Source: Eledone cirrhosa | Lineage: Eukaryota | Length of the DNA stretch: 64,000 nt | NCBI GenBank assembly: GCA_964016885.1 | Contig: OZ024759.1 | Location: forward strand, 10,416,001 to 10,480,000 | Direction: 5' to 3' | Shown here: in pieces, positions 1 through 13,523 of the stretch | How positions within the stretch are numbered: position 1 is the stretch's first letter | Layout: every line of letters starts with the position of its first letter | Program-made: the position numbers and the translations under genes | Notes under the pieces: generated by a model | Seen by the model: the letters and a program-made list of their open reading frames with translations, nothing else | Told to the model about the DNA's origin: nothing | Databases searched by the model: none

Positions 1-110
1 AACGTATATTACAGTATAAAAAAATTAATCAAAACTCACTTTTTGAGTAAGTAAATCCGACTCGGTAGCCGAGCTTGTTCACACACGTCAACACACGTCT
101 CTCGTATACG

Positions 111-951
111 AGATGTTATGTGAGATATTATGTGAGGTAAAACCTTTACTGTGAAAATACAATAATATATATAGAGTAATGTAAATGTTATGTGAGATAT
201 TATGTGAGGTAAAGCCTTTACCATGACAATACAATAGTATATATAGAGTAATGTAAATGTTATGTGAGATATTATGTGAGGTAAAGCCTTTACTGTGAAA
301 ATACAATAGTATATATAGAGTAATGTAAATGTTATGTGAGGTAAAGCCTTTACTGTGAAAATACAATAGTATATATAGAGTAATGTAAATGTTATGTGAG
401 ATATTATGTGAGGTAAAGCCTTTACCATGACAATACAATAGTATATATAGAGTAATGTAAATGTTATGTGAGATATTATGTGAGGTAAAGCCTTTACCAT
501 GAAAATACAATAGTATATATAGAGTAATGTAAATGTTATGTGAGATATTATGTGAGGTAAAGCCTTTACCATGAAAATACAATAGTATATATAGAGTAAT
601 GTAAATGTTGTGTGAGATATTATGTGAGGTAAAGCCTTTACTGTGAAAATACAATAGTATATATAGAGTAATGTAAATGTTATGTGAGGTAAAGCCTTTA
701 CTGTGAAAATACAATAGTATATATAGAGTAATGTAAATGTTATGTGAGATATTATGTGAGGTAAAGCCTTTACCATGACAATACAATAGTATATATAGAG
801 TAATGTAAATGTTATGTGAGATATTATGTGAGGTAAAGCCTTTACTGTGAAAATACAATAGTATATATAGAGTAATGTAAATGTTATGTGAGGTAAAGCC
901 TTTACCATGAAAATACAATAGTATATATAGAGTAATGTAAATGGTAAAGGG
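111..951 (-). repeat. 60-bp (and 48-bp variant) satellite running to the terminus of the piggyBac-like MITE
   Basis: Same unit as at 18.1 and 21.1 kb; ends in gtaaatggtaaagggttac, a degenerate TIR/TTAA. Confidence 0.9.
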
Positions 952-1028
952 TTACACTTTTGTTGAATGTCAAGTTCTGGGGGTGAATATTACACCTGTT
1001 TCACTTTGGAGGTGATATTACACCTGTA

Positions 1029-1581
1029 AAAAAAAAAAACAATGGAATGGTTGCTGTGCAATATCGAATTGTTCTAGGTTGGGCAGCTTTCAACAAGAAC
1101 AAGGAAGTACCAACATCAAAACGAGTTTCCTATCATTTGATACTTACATCCCACCAGTTGTGTTATATGGTCTTGACTGTGTTAATTGGATGACAAGGTC
1201 ACTTCAGAAGCTCTCTATATTCCAGAACCACATCATGAGACTTATAACTGGCAAGCGGCTCAGCGACCTTGTCTGTATCAGTGAGCTGCTTAACATTACC
1301 AGACTTAGACCAATTACATCAATTGTCAAGTCAAGAGCACTCAAACTATACGGTCATATAAAAAGGTCAACTCGTGGTGTGAGTAGGTTATGCCTGGAAG
1401 GAAGGTTGGCTGGTAAGAGAAGAAGAGGCCAGCAGCCAAAATGATGGCTTGATAATGTGAACTTATGGACTGGACTTGATCTTTGCTCTTTAAACTCTGC
1501 TGCTGGTGATCGAACTTTGTGGAGAGAAATATATCATGTTGATGTGCAGTCTGTAACTGGCGGAGTTTAACGTCACAAGGA
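1029..1581 (+). pseudogene. 5'-truncated decayed RTE-like LINE 3' fragment inserted in the 29-bp array
   Basis: VVLYGLDC...LKLYGHIKR...LEGRLAGKRRRGQQPK*WLD resembles an RTE C-terminus. ttacacctgt lies on both sides. Confidence 0.75.
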
Positions 1582-2326
1582 TTACACCTGTTCAACTTTG
1601 GCGGTGAATATTACACCTGCTTCACTTTGGCGGTGAATATTACACCTGTTTCACTTTGGAGGTGAATATTACACCTGTTTCACTTTGGAGGTGAATATTA
1701 CACCTGTTTCACTTTGGCGGTGAATATTACACCTGTTCTACTTTGGCGGTGAATATTACACCTGTTTCACTTTGGAGGTGAATATTACACCTGTTTCACT
1801 TTGGCGGTGAATATTACACCTGTTCTACTTTGGCGGTGAATATTACACCTGTTTTACTTTGGTGGTGAATATTACACCTGTTCTACTTTGGCGGGGAATA
1901 TTACACCTGTTCTACTTTGGCGGGGAATATTACACCTGTTCTACTTTGGAGGTGAATATTACACCTGTTTCACTTTGGCGGTGAATATTACACCTGTTCT
2001 ACTTTGGTGGTGAATATTACACCTGTTTCACTTTGGAGGTGAATATTACACCTGTTCTACTTTGGAGGTGAATATTACACCTGTTTCACTTTGGCGGTGA
2101 ATATTACACCTGTTCTACTTTGGAGGTGAATATTACACCTGTTCTACTTTGGAGGTGAATATTACACCTGTTTCACTTTGGCGGTGAATATTACACCTGT
2201 TCTACTTTGGTGGTGAATATTACACCTGTTTCACTTTGGAGGGGAATATTACACCTGTTCCACTTTGGAGGTGAATATTACACCTGTTCCACTTTGGAGG
2301 TGAATATTACACCTGTTCTACTTTGG
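1582..2326. repeat. 29-bp minisatellite, about 25 copies (about 2 more at 982-1027)
   Basis: Unit ttacacctgtttcactttggaggtgaata; the junction forms the near-palindrome ggtgaatattacacc. Confidence 0.95.
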
Positions 2327-2589
2327 AAATGTAAATGCTAAAGGGTTACCTTTTACGGAAGGTTTGGATTTTTGCTCATTTCTCGGACATAAAATGGGGG
2401 GGGGGGCTGAGCTTATATGAGTATATACACTACTTAACCTGATAGGATCTCTTGTAAGTTATCTCTGCTAGTAATATATTGTATAGTAACATTCATCTTA
2501 ATGGCTCCAAATAAAGAAAATACCATTAATAAGCTGGAGTTCTGAGTTCAAATCCCACTGAGGTTAGTTTTACCTTTCATATGATAAAA

Positions 2590-3425
2590 CTAGCAGAATG
2601 GCCCGGCGTTGCTCAGGATTTGCTCTAGGGTTGTTATATATTTGATATATATTTATATATGTGGAGGCACATGGCTTAGTGGTTCGAGCATTGGCCTTGC
2701 AATCGAAAGGTTGTGAGTTCAATTCTCAGACCGGGTGATGTGTTGTTTCCTTGAGCAAGACACTTTATTTCACATTGCTCCAGTTTACTCAGCTGTAGAA
2801 ATGAGATGATAGGGACTAGGGTCCCTATCATTCCACTGCAAAGTGGTTGTGGAGGTGCGACGGCAAAAAAATCACCCAGCACTCACTGTAAATGAGGTTG
2901 GTGTTAGGAAGGGCATCCAGCTGTAGAAATCAAGCCAGAATCAGTTCCCGTCCCACCCTTGCAAGCAGGGAAAAGTGGACGTAAAATGATGATGATGATG
3001 ATTATCCTTCTTGAGCCTTGTGAAGTAAATACATTTGTTAATATTTTGTTATTGTGTATGCAAAAATATCTGTACACGAATATATATATAATGGTACAGA
3101 GAAGTACGGAATACCTTGGCCTCGGGTTGGTGTCTACATTTTCTGCTTATAAAAAAAATTTGTCGTATATTACCAGGGTTTTTTTTCCGTTCGAAGAAAA
3201 TCAATACTTTATCGCGAAATAAATACTTTTGTTTATATGTGTATGCAAAAATATCTGTACACGAATATATAATTATATATATTAAAGTTTAAGCAAAGAA
3301 TCGCTGCTTTCACCCTGAACGGGATCTTCTGAAACTAAAATAATAAATCTGTGAACACAGAAGTAAATATTTCGAAAAACATTACACTCTCTCTCTCTCT
3401 CTATATATATATACACACTATATAT

Positions 3426-3457
<32 letters not shown>

Positions 3458-3755
3458 CCCGCGTCATAATGACGTAATGCAGACAGCCAGACATACAGAC
3501 AGATATTATAAGGGCGCAACGTTATATGTATGTATCTATCTAAAAAGAGAAAGACTAAGAATTATAGAGAGAGATCGCTAAATCGCCTAATGTGGTCCCT
3601 AGGGCATTGAAAATTTGAGATTTGTTTTGCTCAAAACACTCACGGGACCATAAGTATTACATGTGTAAAGTTTGAAAAAACTCGGTTGGGTGGTTCTCGA
3701 GTTTTAGTGATTGGACAAACAGACAAACAGACATTCTCTGTTTTAGTGATATAGA
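2590..3755 (-). mobile_element. Non-autonomous Helitron-like element carrying a nested SINE
   Basis: On the minus strand it starts TC and ends with a hairpin plus CTAG. It sits between A and T of a host SINE (gataaaa|taaagtacc) with no TSD. A second copy is at 11775. Confidence 0.75.
2663..3001 (+). mobile_element. SINE family A (tRNA head, core, bipartite RTE-derived tail)
   Basis: A box tggcttagtgg and B box gagttcaattc; 3' end matches the intact LINE; (TGA)n tail. Confidence 0.92.
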
Positions 3756-3942
3756 TAAAGTACCAGTAATACACTGAGGTTGATTTAATAGACTTTTCCA
3801 CTTCCCTTCAAATTATTGGCTTTGTGCCAAATGTAGAAACTATTGTTAGATAAGCTGGAATATGAATTATCAATCTCTGATTAATAATTTAGAATATATA
3901 TTGAAATTAGTGTTAATTGATGACAAACTCCATAATTGCTTG

Positions 3943-4230
3943 TGGAGGTATGTGGCCTTGTGGTAAGGGTGTTGGACTTAGGATCATAATGATAGGAGTT
4001 CAATTCCTGGGCTGGGTTGTGTGTTGTGATTTTGAGCAAAACACTTCATTTCACATTGATCCAGTGTACTCCGCTGAAAATGAGTACCAGCAGCAATGGG
4101 TGGGGGTTCGTTAACCCTGTGATGGACTGGTGTCCTATCCAGGGGGAGTCTTGTACTCTGTTATTAACACTATAGAAACCAGGAAAACTACTGGACTGAT
4201 GAAACTTCGGGCTTGAAACAGACTTTAGAC
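3943..4230 (+). mobile_element. Older tRNA-headed SINE (related copy at about 36965-37385)
   Basis: Degenerate A/B boxes, shared core ttgagcaaaacactt...gctgaaaatgagtacc, tail ending cagacttt. Confidence 0.7.
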
Positions 4231-4242
4231 TGCTTATTCATC

Positions 4243-4464
4243 TTAACCCTTTAGCATTCACATTACTCTATATTCACTATTGTATTTTCGCAGTAAAGGC
4301 TTTACATATTACGTCACATAATATCGAATCTATGAGATTTTGATATTATTTATTTTGAGAAGAATACCTTAACATCAGTATAAGTGGCTAGTTAGGTCCG
4401 ATTTGAACAGAAAGAGGTGAGAAAATTCTGGCAGGATATGCCGGTTTAAATGCTAAAGGGTTAA
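4243..4464 (+). mobile_element. piggyBac-like MITE, 214 bp plus TTAA target duplications, with no internal array
   Basis: TTAA-CCCTTTAGCATT...AATGCTAAAGGG-TTAA. Confidence 0.88.
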
Positions 4465-5094
4465 TACAAAATCTGTGAAGAAGAACAAAGATAGGTAGCT
4501 AGAATGGTGTTTTTGTTAATCTCATTAAGTATAGTAAAAATCATGTCTGTCTGTCCCTCACCTGAATAAATATTCTTTCTTTCGTCAAGTCCCGTAACTC
4601 CCAGGGGAGTTGTGGGGGCATTGTATTGACATACGGCTTTTCTTGGTTCATTTTAAACTGGCTAAGCCCATCTCCTCCTCCTCTCACCAGGTCTGAATAT
4701 AGAAGATTTCTTTCAGAGAAGTATAGAGAGAGAAAGGAAGTGAGAACAAGATATAGAGGAAGAATTGACCCCAGTACTTGACTGCTACTTTTTTTTATCA
4801 ACCTCAAATGGATGAAAAGCAAAGTTGACCTCGGTGAGATTTGAACTCAGAGAGTAGAGAGTCAGAATGAAGGACACAACGCACACCCAGCGTTCTAATG
4901 ACTCTGCCAATCCTTTGCCTTTTCCAAGTAATATCAGTTCTGTGTATGTGAACCAAAGTCCTCTCACCTGATCTCTCACTAAGGGACTGCCCTTCCTACC
5001 TGTGCTAGCGGGCAAATGGACGTTAAGCGATGATGATTAGAGAAGTGATTATGTTAAGGACTTCAAATATGTTAAACTGTTGGGAAGAACCCTA

Positions 5095-5712
5095 AATAAT
5101 TGTTTCTACTATTGGCACAAGGCCAGCAATTACTCAGTACATTACTGGTACTTTATTTTATCGACCCCGTAAGGATGAAAGGCAAAGTTAACCTCGGTGG
5201 GATTTGAACTCAGAATGGCAAGGGCCGTAACTCTATGCGTCAAAGCATGGCGTCCGACCCTCTACCGATGCTGCCAATTCACCGCCCTTTATGGAAAATC
5301 CCTAAATAATGGTGTCTGATTTAGGCAGAAGGTGAACAGTCTTTGGGGATTAAATTGACTCCATTGTATTACTGGTACTTTTATTGACCCCATGAGGGTG
5401 AAAGGCAAAGTTAACTTTGACAGGATTTGAACTCAGAATGTAAAGGGACATAACTAAATGCCACAAAGCATGTTGTCTGACCCTCTACCGATACTGCTAA
5501 TACACCACCCTAATAATAATAATTGTTTCTACTTTTGGCATAAGGCCAGCAAATACCCTAGTGTATTACTGGTACTTTATATTATCGTCCCCGTAAGGAT
5601 GAAAGGCAAAGTTAACTTCGGCAGGATTTGAACTCAGAATGTAAAGGGCCATAACTCTATGCTGCAAAGCATGGCGTCCGACGCTCTACCGATTCTGCCA
5701 ATCCATCACCCT
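5095..5712 (-). mobile_element. Three tandem SINE family B copies
   Basis: Reverse complement of ggcggtggattggcag...gagttcaaatcc...gcctttcatccttacggggtcgataaaataaagtaccag, with (ATT)n tails. Confidence 0.85.
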
Positions 5713-5802
5713 TTTGATGATAATAATACAATGTTGATGTATCTACAATCTATATTTACTATCATTCATTGATAGTAAATATAGATTGTAGGGTTTGTAA
5801 AC

Positions 5803-8210
5803 TATTGTCATGACACCTACATGACCACTTTACAGTGTGGACTGGGTGCTTTTTGTTGTGACACCTACATGACCACTTTACAGTGTGGACTGGGTGCTAT
5901 TGTCATGACACCTACATGACCACTTTACAGTGTGGACTGGGTGCTTTTTGTCGTGACACCTACATGACCACTTTACAGTGTGGACTGGGTGCTATTGTCG
6001 TGACACCTACATGACCACTTTACAGTGTGGACTGGGTGCTTTTTGTCGTGACACCTACATGACCACTTTACAGTGTGGACTGGGTGCTATTGTCGTGACA
6101 CCTACATGACCACTTTACAGTGTGGACTGGGTGCTATTGTCGTGACACCTACATGACCACTTTACAGTGTGGACTGGGTGCTATTGTCGTGACACCTACA
6201 TGACCACTTTACAGTGTGGACTGGGTGCTATTGTCGTGACACCTACATGACCACTTTACAGTGTGGACTGGGTGCTATTGTCATGACACCTACATGACCA
6301 CTTTACAGTGTGGACTGGGTGCTATTGTCATGACACCTACATGACCACTTTACAGTGTGGGCTGGGTGCTTTTGTCATGACACCTACATGACCACTTTAC
6401 AGTGTGGGCTGGGTGCTTTTGTCATGACACCTACATGACCACTTTACAGTATGGACTAGGTGATATTGTCATGACACCTACATGACCACTTTACAGTGTG
6501 GACTGGGTGCTATTGTCATGACACCTACCGTGACCACTTTACAGTGTGGACTGGGTGCTATTGTCGTGACACCTACATGACCACTTTACAGTGTGGACTG
6601 GGTACTTTTTGTCATGACACATACATGACCACTTTACAGTGTGGACTGGGTACTTTTTGTCATGACTCCTACATGACTACTTTACAGTGTGGACTGGGTG
6701 CTTTTTGCTATGACACCTACATGACCACTTTACAATATGAACTAGGTACTTTTTGTCGTGACACCTACATGACCACTTTACAGTGTGGACTGGGTGCTCT
6801 TGTTATGACACCTACATGACCACTTTACAGTGTGGACTGGGTACTTTTTGTCATGACTCGTACATGACCACTTTACAGTGTGGACTGGGTACTTTTTGTA
6901 GTGACACCTACATGACCACTTTACAGTGTGGACTGGGTGCTTTTGTCTTGACACCTACATGACCACTTTACAGAATGGACTGGGTGCTTTTGTCATGACA
7001 CCTACATGACCACTTTACAGTGTGGACTGGGTGCTATTGTCGTGACACCTACATGACCACTTTACAGTGTGGACTGGGTGCTATTGTCATGACACCTACA
7101 TGACCACTTTACAGTGTGGACTGGGTGCTATTGTCGTGACACCTACATGACCACTTTACAGTGTGGACTGGGTGCTATTGTCGTGACACCTACATGACCA
7201 CTTTACAGTGTGGACTGGGTGCTATTGTCATGACACCTACATGACCACTTTACAGTGTGGACTGGGTGCTATTGTCATGACACCTACATGACCACTTTAC
7301 AGTGTGGACTGGGTGCTTTTGTCATGACACCTACATGACCACTTTACAGTGTGGACTCGGTGCTATTGTCGTGACACCTACATGACCACTTTACAGTATG
7401 GACTGGGTGCTATTGTCATGACACCTACATGACCACTTTACAGTGTGGACTGGGTGCTTTTGTCATGACACCTACATGACCACTTTACAGTGTGGACTGG
7501 GTGCTTTTGTCATGACACCTACATGACCACTTTACAGTGTGGGCTGGGTGCTTTTGTCATGACACCTACATGACCACTTTACAGTGTGGGCTGGGTGCTT
7601 TTGTCATGACACCTACATGACCACTTTACAGTATGGACTAGGTGATATTGTCATGACACCTACATGACCACTTTACAGTGTGGACTGGGTGCTATTGTCA
7701 TGACACCTACCGTGACCACTTTACAGTGTGGACTGGGTGCTATTGTCGTGACACCTACATGACCACTTTACAGTGTGGACTGGGTACTTTTTGTCATGAC
7801 TCCTACATGACTACTTTACAGTGTGGACTGGGTGCTTTTTGCTATGACACCTACATGACCACTTTACAATATGAACTAGGTACTTTTTGTCGTGACACCT
7901 ACATGACCACTTTACAGTGTGGACTGGGTGCTCTTGTTATGACACCTACATGACCACTTTACAGTGTGGACTGGGTACTTTTTGTCATGACTCCTACATG
8001 ACCACTTTACAGTGTGGACTGGGTACTTTTTGTAGTGACACCTACATGACCACTTTACAGTGTGGACTGGGTGCTTTTGTCTTGACACCTACATGACCAC
8101 TTTACAGAATGGACTGGGTGCTTTTGTCATGACACCTACATGACCACTTTACAGTGTGGACTGGGTGCTATTGTCTTGACACCTACATGACCACTATACA
8201 GTGAGGGCTG
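5803..8210. repeat. 47/48-bp minisatellite, about 50 copies, derived from an RTE UTR motif, with a higher-order duplication
   Basis: Unit gtcatgacacctacatgaccactttacagtgtggactgggtgctatt, similar to 10690-10740. A variant block recurs 1182 bp apart (6496 and 7678). Confidence 0.95.
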
Positions 8211-8654
8211 CGCACTTTTGTCGTAGCTCCAGGGGTCAGGGGCACTTCAAGGTGTGGGACAGGAACTAGTGAGGGTGAGAGAGAGAAGCCTGGGGAAATT
8301 GAGGACATGGGTGATAGGGGAGGGATGGACACAGCAAAGGAGGTGTATGGGAGGGGAGATAGTAGAGGGAGGTGTTGCTCAAGCATATGGGAGGGCGGGT
8401 CTTCTGTAGTACTACATAGTGCCAGAGGTCGCGGCCCTGTGTCATCGCCTTGGTGAGGTGTAATTGTGCAAGGTCATCTTTTATTACCTCATCTCAAGTT
8501 TTCCTTTGAAAATGAAATAAGAAACAAAAACCAAATGAGAGCCAAATAAAAGCCATCTTGATATCAGCTTCTCTGAGATTGGGTCCTGGCTTTACAAGAT
8601 GGTTTCAAACATGTGACAGGGTGTGGGGCAGCTCCCACCTCATGGAGCTCTCAA

Positions 8655-8937
8655 TGTGTGTGTGTGTAGTGTGTGTGTGGCTATGTGTGTATATTGTGAA
8701 TATGTGTGTAGTGTAAATGTGTGTGTTGTGATTGCGTGTGTTGTGATTGCGTGTGTTGTGATTGTGTGTGTTGTGATTGCGTGTGTTGTGATTGCGTGTG
8801 TTGTGATTGCGTGTGTTGTGATTGCGTGTGTTGTGATTGCGTGTGTTGTGATTGCGTGTGTTGTGATGTATACTTGTGTATGTATGTGTGTGTCTGTGTG
8901 TGTGTACACACTTGTATGAAGTGTGTGTGTGTGTGTG
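8655..8937. repeat. GT-rich simple repeat including a 15-bp unit gtgtgttgtgattgc
   Basis: Direct inspection. Confidence 0.95.
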
Positions 8938-9602
8938 ACATCTTGAGAATACCAACACTAGAGGCCTTTTGTGGCAAATAGATGAATTACTTGGCAGCCA
9001 TGAGCACTAGGCACTGTTGTTGTTGGTGCTGGTGTTGTTGTTGTTGCTGGTGTTGTTGCTGTGGTTGTTGTTGTTGTACAAAGCTTAATGTAAAAATGTA
9101 AAACATTAACACAGGTTAGGAATGTCAGAGAGGAGTTTCATATACAACACATGCAGGTAGAATTATTGTCAGCCGTTCTGTTCTCATATAAGAACATCAT
9201 CACACACACACACACAAATATATATATACACACACATATATAAACATACATACATACATACATAATGGCTGCAACTCAATTTCGAGTAATTCCATCACAT
9301 GATACTTAAGCATGAGTGTCACGGATGTGGCTTTTTAGTCCTTCTAGGGACTTGCCTGTGGCCAGCCATGCCATGCATCGCAAAAAATGTCGCATATCAA
9401 GCGATGCCTGTGTTTGAAGCTTTTTTAAGTGACGAAAGGCTTTGCACGGAGCCAATCCCACTCTCTGAACATTGAATGTATTTATCCAATAAGAACTGGT
9501 CCACATCTTTGGATGCAAACGAAGTCACAGGTTTTATATGGGAGTGACATGGATAAGCTTATCGACAGCTAGAAATAGCAGCCGAAGCCTTATATATATA
9601 TA

Positions 9603-9937
9603 TCATCATCATCATTTAATGTCCACTTTTCCCTGCTTGCAAGGGTGGGACGGGAACTGATTCTGGCTTGATTTCTACAGCTGGATGTCCTTCCTAACAC
9701 CAACCTCATTTACAGTGAGGGCTGGGTGCTTTTTTGCCATGGCGCCTCCACGACCACTTTGCAGTGGAATGATAGGGACCCCAGTCCCTATCATCTCATT
9801 TCTACAGCTGAGTAAACTGGAGCAATGTGAAATAAAGTGTCTTGCTCAAGGAAACAACACATCACCCGGTCTGAGAATTGAACTCACAACCTTTCGATTG
9901 CAAGGCCAATGCTCTAACCACTAAGCCATGTGCCTCC
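9603..9937 (-). mobile_element. SINE family A
   Basis: Reverse complement of the 2663 and 47506 copies; flanked by (TA)n. Confidence 0.92.
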
Positions 9938-9957
9938 ATCTTATTTATATATATATA

Positions 9958-10043
<86 letters not shown>

Positions 10044-10370
10044 ATATATATATATATATAATATATATATATATATAATATATATATATATATATAATAT
10101 ATATATATATATAATATATAATATAATATATATATATATAATATATAATATAATATATATATATATAATATATAATATAATATATATATATATAATATAT
10201 ATATATATATATAATATATATATATATAATATATATATATATATATAATATATATATATATAATATATATATATATATAATATATATATATATAATATAT
10301 AATATATATATATATATATAATATATATATATATAATATATAATATAATATATATATATATAATATATAT

Positions 10371-10986
10371 ATCATCATCATCATCATCATCATCAGGTTT
10401 AGCGTCCGTGTTCCACGCTTGCATGGGTTTGGACGGGGGTTTTCCCACTTGAGGCAAGAGTGGTTGTCTTGCTCGCATAGGACTGTCTGGCGGGTTTTCT
10501 ACAGTTGGATGCCCTTCCTAACACCAACCACATTTACAGTGTGGGGCTGGGAGGTTTTTACCGTGTTGCCTACACGGCCACATTACAGCGTGGACTGTCT
10601 GGCGGGTTTTCTACAGCTGGATGCCCTTCCTAACACCAACCACATTTACAGTGTGGGGCTGGGAGGTTTTTACCGTGTTGCCTACACGGCCACATTTACA
10701 GCGTGGACTGTGTGTTTTTTGTCGTGACACCTACACGATCTCATTTGTTTCGGCCTGGATGTTGTGGGGCCAACATAACTTTACATTGAAAGGGGCGGTG
10801 TGGGTGGGGTGGAGGTGGAGGTGGTGGGACGGGGGTGTGTTTTGATAGAGGTGCCTACTGACTGTAGTAGGTTTTTACTTTGTATTTAGGTAAGGCGGGT
10901 CTTCTCTATTACTGAGTACCGCCAAAGGTCTCGGTCCAGTGACATTGTCTTGGAGAGGTGTAAGCGTGTGAGGTCGGAAATTATCA
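10371..10986 (-). mobile_element. 3' end of a second RTE family (ORF C-terminus, long 3' UTR, TGA tail) between TA microsatellites
   Basis: Colinear with 31322-31917 and 41500-41820; carries an internal duplication of about 110 bp. Confidence 0.8.
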
Positions 10987-11059
10987 GCTCGTATAATATA
11001 TATATATATAATATATATATATATAATATATATATATATAATATATATATATATAATAT

Positions 11060-11108
<49 letters not shown>

Positions 11109-11129
11109 TATATAATATATATATATATA

Positions 11130-11170
<41 letters not shown>

Positions 11171-11195
11171 TATATAATATATATATATAATATAT

Positions 11196-11295
<100 letters not shown>

Positions 11296-11307
11296 ATATA
11301 TATATAT

Positions 11308-11524
11308 AAAAAGCGATGAAATCGATAATGCAACTGGAGTCTTATTTTTTTCAAAAATATATATATTTATTTGGTTCCTTTGGTTTTGAAAAACCACAGA
11401 CCCTCCATCTCAACTCACATTTTGAAAAGCAGAAGAACTGCGAAACTGGTAAAGGAACCAAATAAATATATATATTTTTTTAAAAAATAAGACTCCAGTT
11501 GCATTTTCGATTTCATCTCTTTTT
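11308..11524. repeat. Foldback element with arms of about 74 bp and a spacer of about 70 bp
   Basis: gatgaaatcgataatgcaactggagtcttatt...ttggttccttt versus aaaggaaccaa...aataagactccagttgcattttcgatttcatc. Confidence 0.9.
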
Positions 11525-11586
11525 CTTTATACTTTCACTTGTGTAGGACACCTCGGTTATTTTTCATTTTGTAAAAAAAACCTCAC

Positions 11587-11623
<37 letters not shown>

Positions 11624-11774
11624 GCTATATGTACATACACACACAAATATATATGTGTGTTTATAATGATGAAAAACAAAATTTGTTTTCACTCTAACAT
11701 GGTGGATACATAAATGTATTTGTGAGTGAATAATATTATCATTAACAGCCTTATTAGGGCTATATTATTATTAA

Positions 11775-12481
11775 CTAGCAGAATGGCCCGGCGTTGCTCG
11801 GGATTCTAAACATAGACTGGCATGTTTATCCCTCCTTTCTGAAACAGTACAGAGAAGTACGGAATACCTCGGCCTCGGGATGGTGTCTACATTTTGTGCT
11901 TTTGTGAAATAAATACGTTTGTTTATATTTTGTTTTTGTGTATGTAAAAATATCTGTACACGAATATATAATTATATATATATATATATATATATATTAA
12001 AATAACAGATTGAAGTTTAAGCAAAGAATCGCTGCTTTCACCCTTAACAGGATTTTCTGAAACTAAAAAACTCAATCTGTGAACGCAGAAGTAAATATTT
12101 CGAAAAACGTTGCAATCGAAGGAAAACAGGAAGACGATACTTTGGTTCGTGAAGACATTCCCTGGCAATGAATGGAAAATAGCGAAGATAATACGTCAGT
12201 AATGAGAACAATATTTGTCCTAACGTTGTAATGCAGACAGCCAGACATACAGATAGATATTATAAGGGCACAACGTTATAGCTATGTATCTATCTACAAA
12301 GACAGACTAAGAAAGAGAGAGAGATCGCTAACCGGCGCCTAATGCTGTCCCTAGAGCATTGAAAATTTGAAATACGACCATAAGTATTACATGTGTAAAG
12401 TTTGAAAAAAATCGGTTGGGTGTTTCTCGAGTTTTAGGGGGACAGACAGACAGACAGACATTCTCTGCTTTAGATATATAA
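11775..12481 (-). mobile_element. Non-autonomous Helitron-like element, second copy
   Basis: ctagcagaatggcccggcgttgctcggg at the left and (gaca)n-ttctctgcttt at the right; colinear with 2590-3755. Confidence 0.75.
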
Positions 12482-12483
12482 AT

Positions 12484-12935
12484 GAGCTCGTTTGACGGAT
12501 ACGTCTTAAAGGGTTGAAGACGGGCACTTTCCTCTTCGGTGATGCCCTGATTAACTTTTTCAAATTTCATCTGAAAAGAAAAATCAGGGTGGAGAGGGAA
12601 GTGCTCTCTTCCCAGCAATTTGTTGAAAGATGGGTGAAAGAAGAAAGCATGGCCTGAGTGAATGGGCCTGCGCTGAGTATGTGCCTGTAGATTGGAGGTG
12701 GAAAACTGGGAGAGAGCATTTGCCCTGATGGTCAGGGTCACTGTGGCTTTTTTAATGGGCTTTCTCCACGAGTGACCCTCGGAAGTCTCCCCCTATTGGG
12801 GAATTTTCCTTTGTTTCCTTTTTTGTTATCTCCTTTGTTATTGTTTTTTCTTTACACGCAGAAATGCCCATTTGTACCATCCTGTACCGTCCTTAATGTC
12901 TACTTTATGTCAACCCTTGTGGTTAATAAAGAAAG
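12484..12935 (+). mobile_element. Possible L1/Tx1-like LINE 3' fragment
   Basis: Reads LINFFKFHLKRKIRVEREVLSSQQFVERW, then a T-rich UTR ending aataaagaaa. The clade call is tentative. Confidence 0.45.
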
Positions 12936-12947
12936 CATTATTCTTAT

Positions 12948-13375
12948 ATTGGCAGTATCGGTAGAGGGTTGGACGCCATGCTTTGCAGCACAGAGTTACG
13001 GCCCTTTATGGTCTGAGTTCATATCCCACCGAGGTTAACTTTGCCTTTCATCCTTACGTGGTCAATAAAATAAAGTACCAGTAATACACCGGGATAATTG
13101 CTGGCCTTGTGCCAAAAGTAGAAACACTTATTATATTAATATATATGAAACCATTATTATTATTATTATTATTATAGGGCGGTGGATTGGCAGTATTGGT
13201 AGAGGGTCGGACGCCATGCTTTGACGCATAGAGTTACGGCCCTTGCTATTCTGAGTTCAAATCCAGCCGAGGTTAACTTTGCCTTTCATCCTTACGGGGG
13301 TCGATAAAATAAAGTACCAGTAATACACTGGGTAATTGCTGGCCTTGTGCCTAACGTAGAAACCTTTATTATTAT
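12948..13375 (+). mobile_element. Two SINE family B copies
   Basis: Same consensus as 5095-5712. Further copies lie near 20075, 29015, 29224, 31930, 32645, 33264(-), 44650 and 57363. Confidence 0.85.
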
Positions 13376-13470
13376 TATTCACTCAAGAAAACATATAATG
13401 ATGATTATAGATACAATAAGGATAATAGTGAAGGTCCAATGTAGATGTTCATAATTCCTTTATTAATAAA

Positions 13471-13523
13471 GCTGTAATACGTATTTCAATGGCAGTCGTG
13501 GCTATGCAACATCATCAGACAGC
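13471..13523 (-). ncRNA. Degenerate minimal type I hammerhead ribozyme-like motif
   Basis: Minus strand gctgt-CTGATGA-(24 nt)-GAA-ATACGTAT-T-acagc. Stem I is a perfect 5 bp, the core is intact and stem III is palindromic. AATAAA lies just downstream. Stem II pairs poorly. Confidence 0.55.

Noticed and set aside
4195-4230. CTGATGA...GAAA hammerhead candidates here and at about 54480-54510(-) and 30990-31045(-)
   Set aside because: No convincing stems I and III; the first is a SINE tail whose relatives lack the core.
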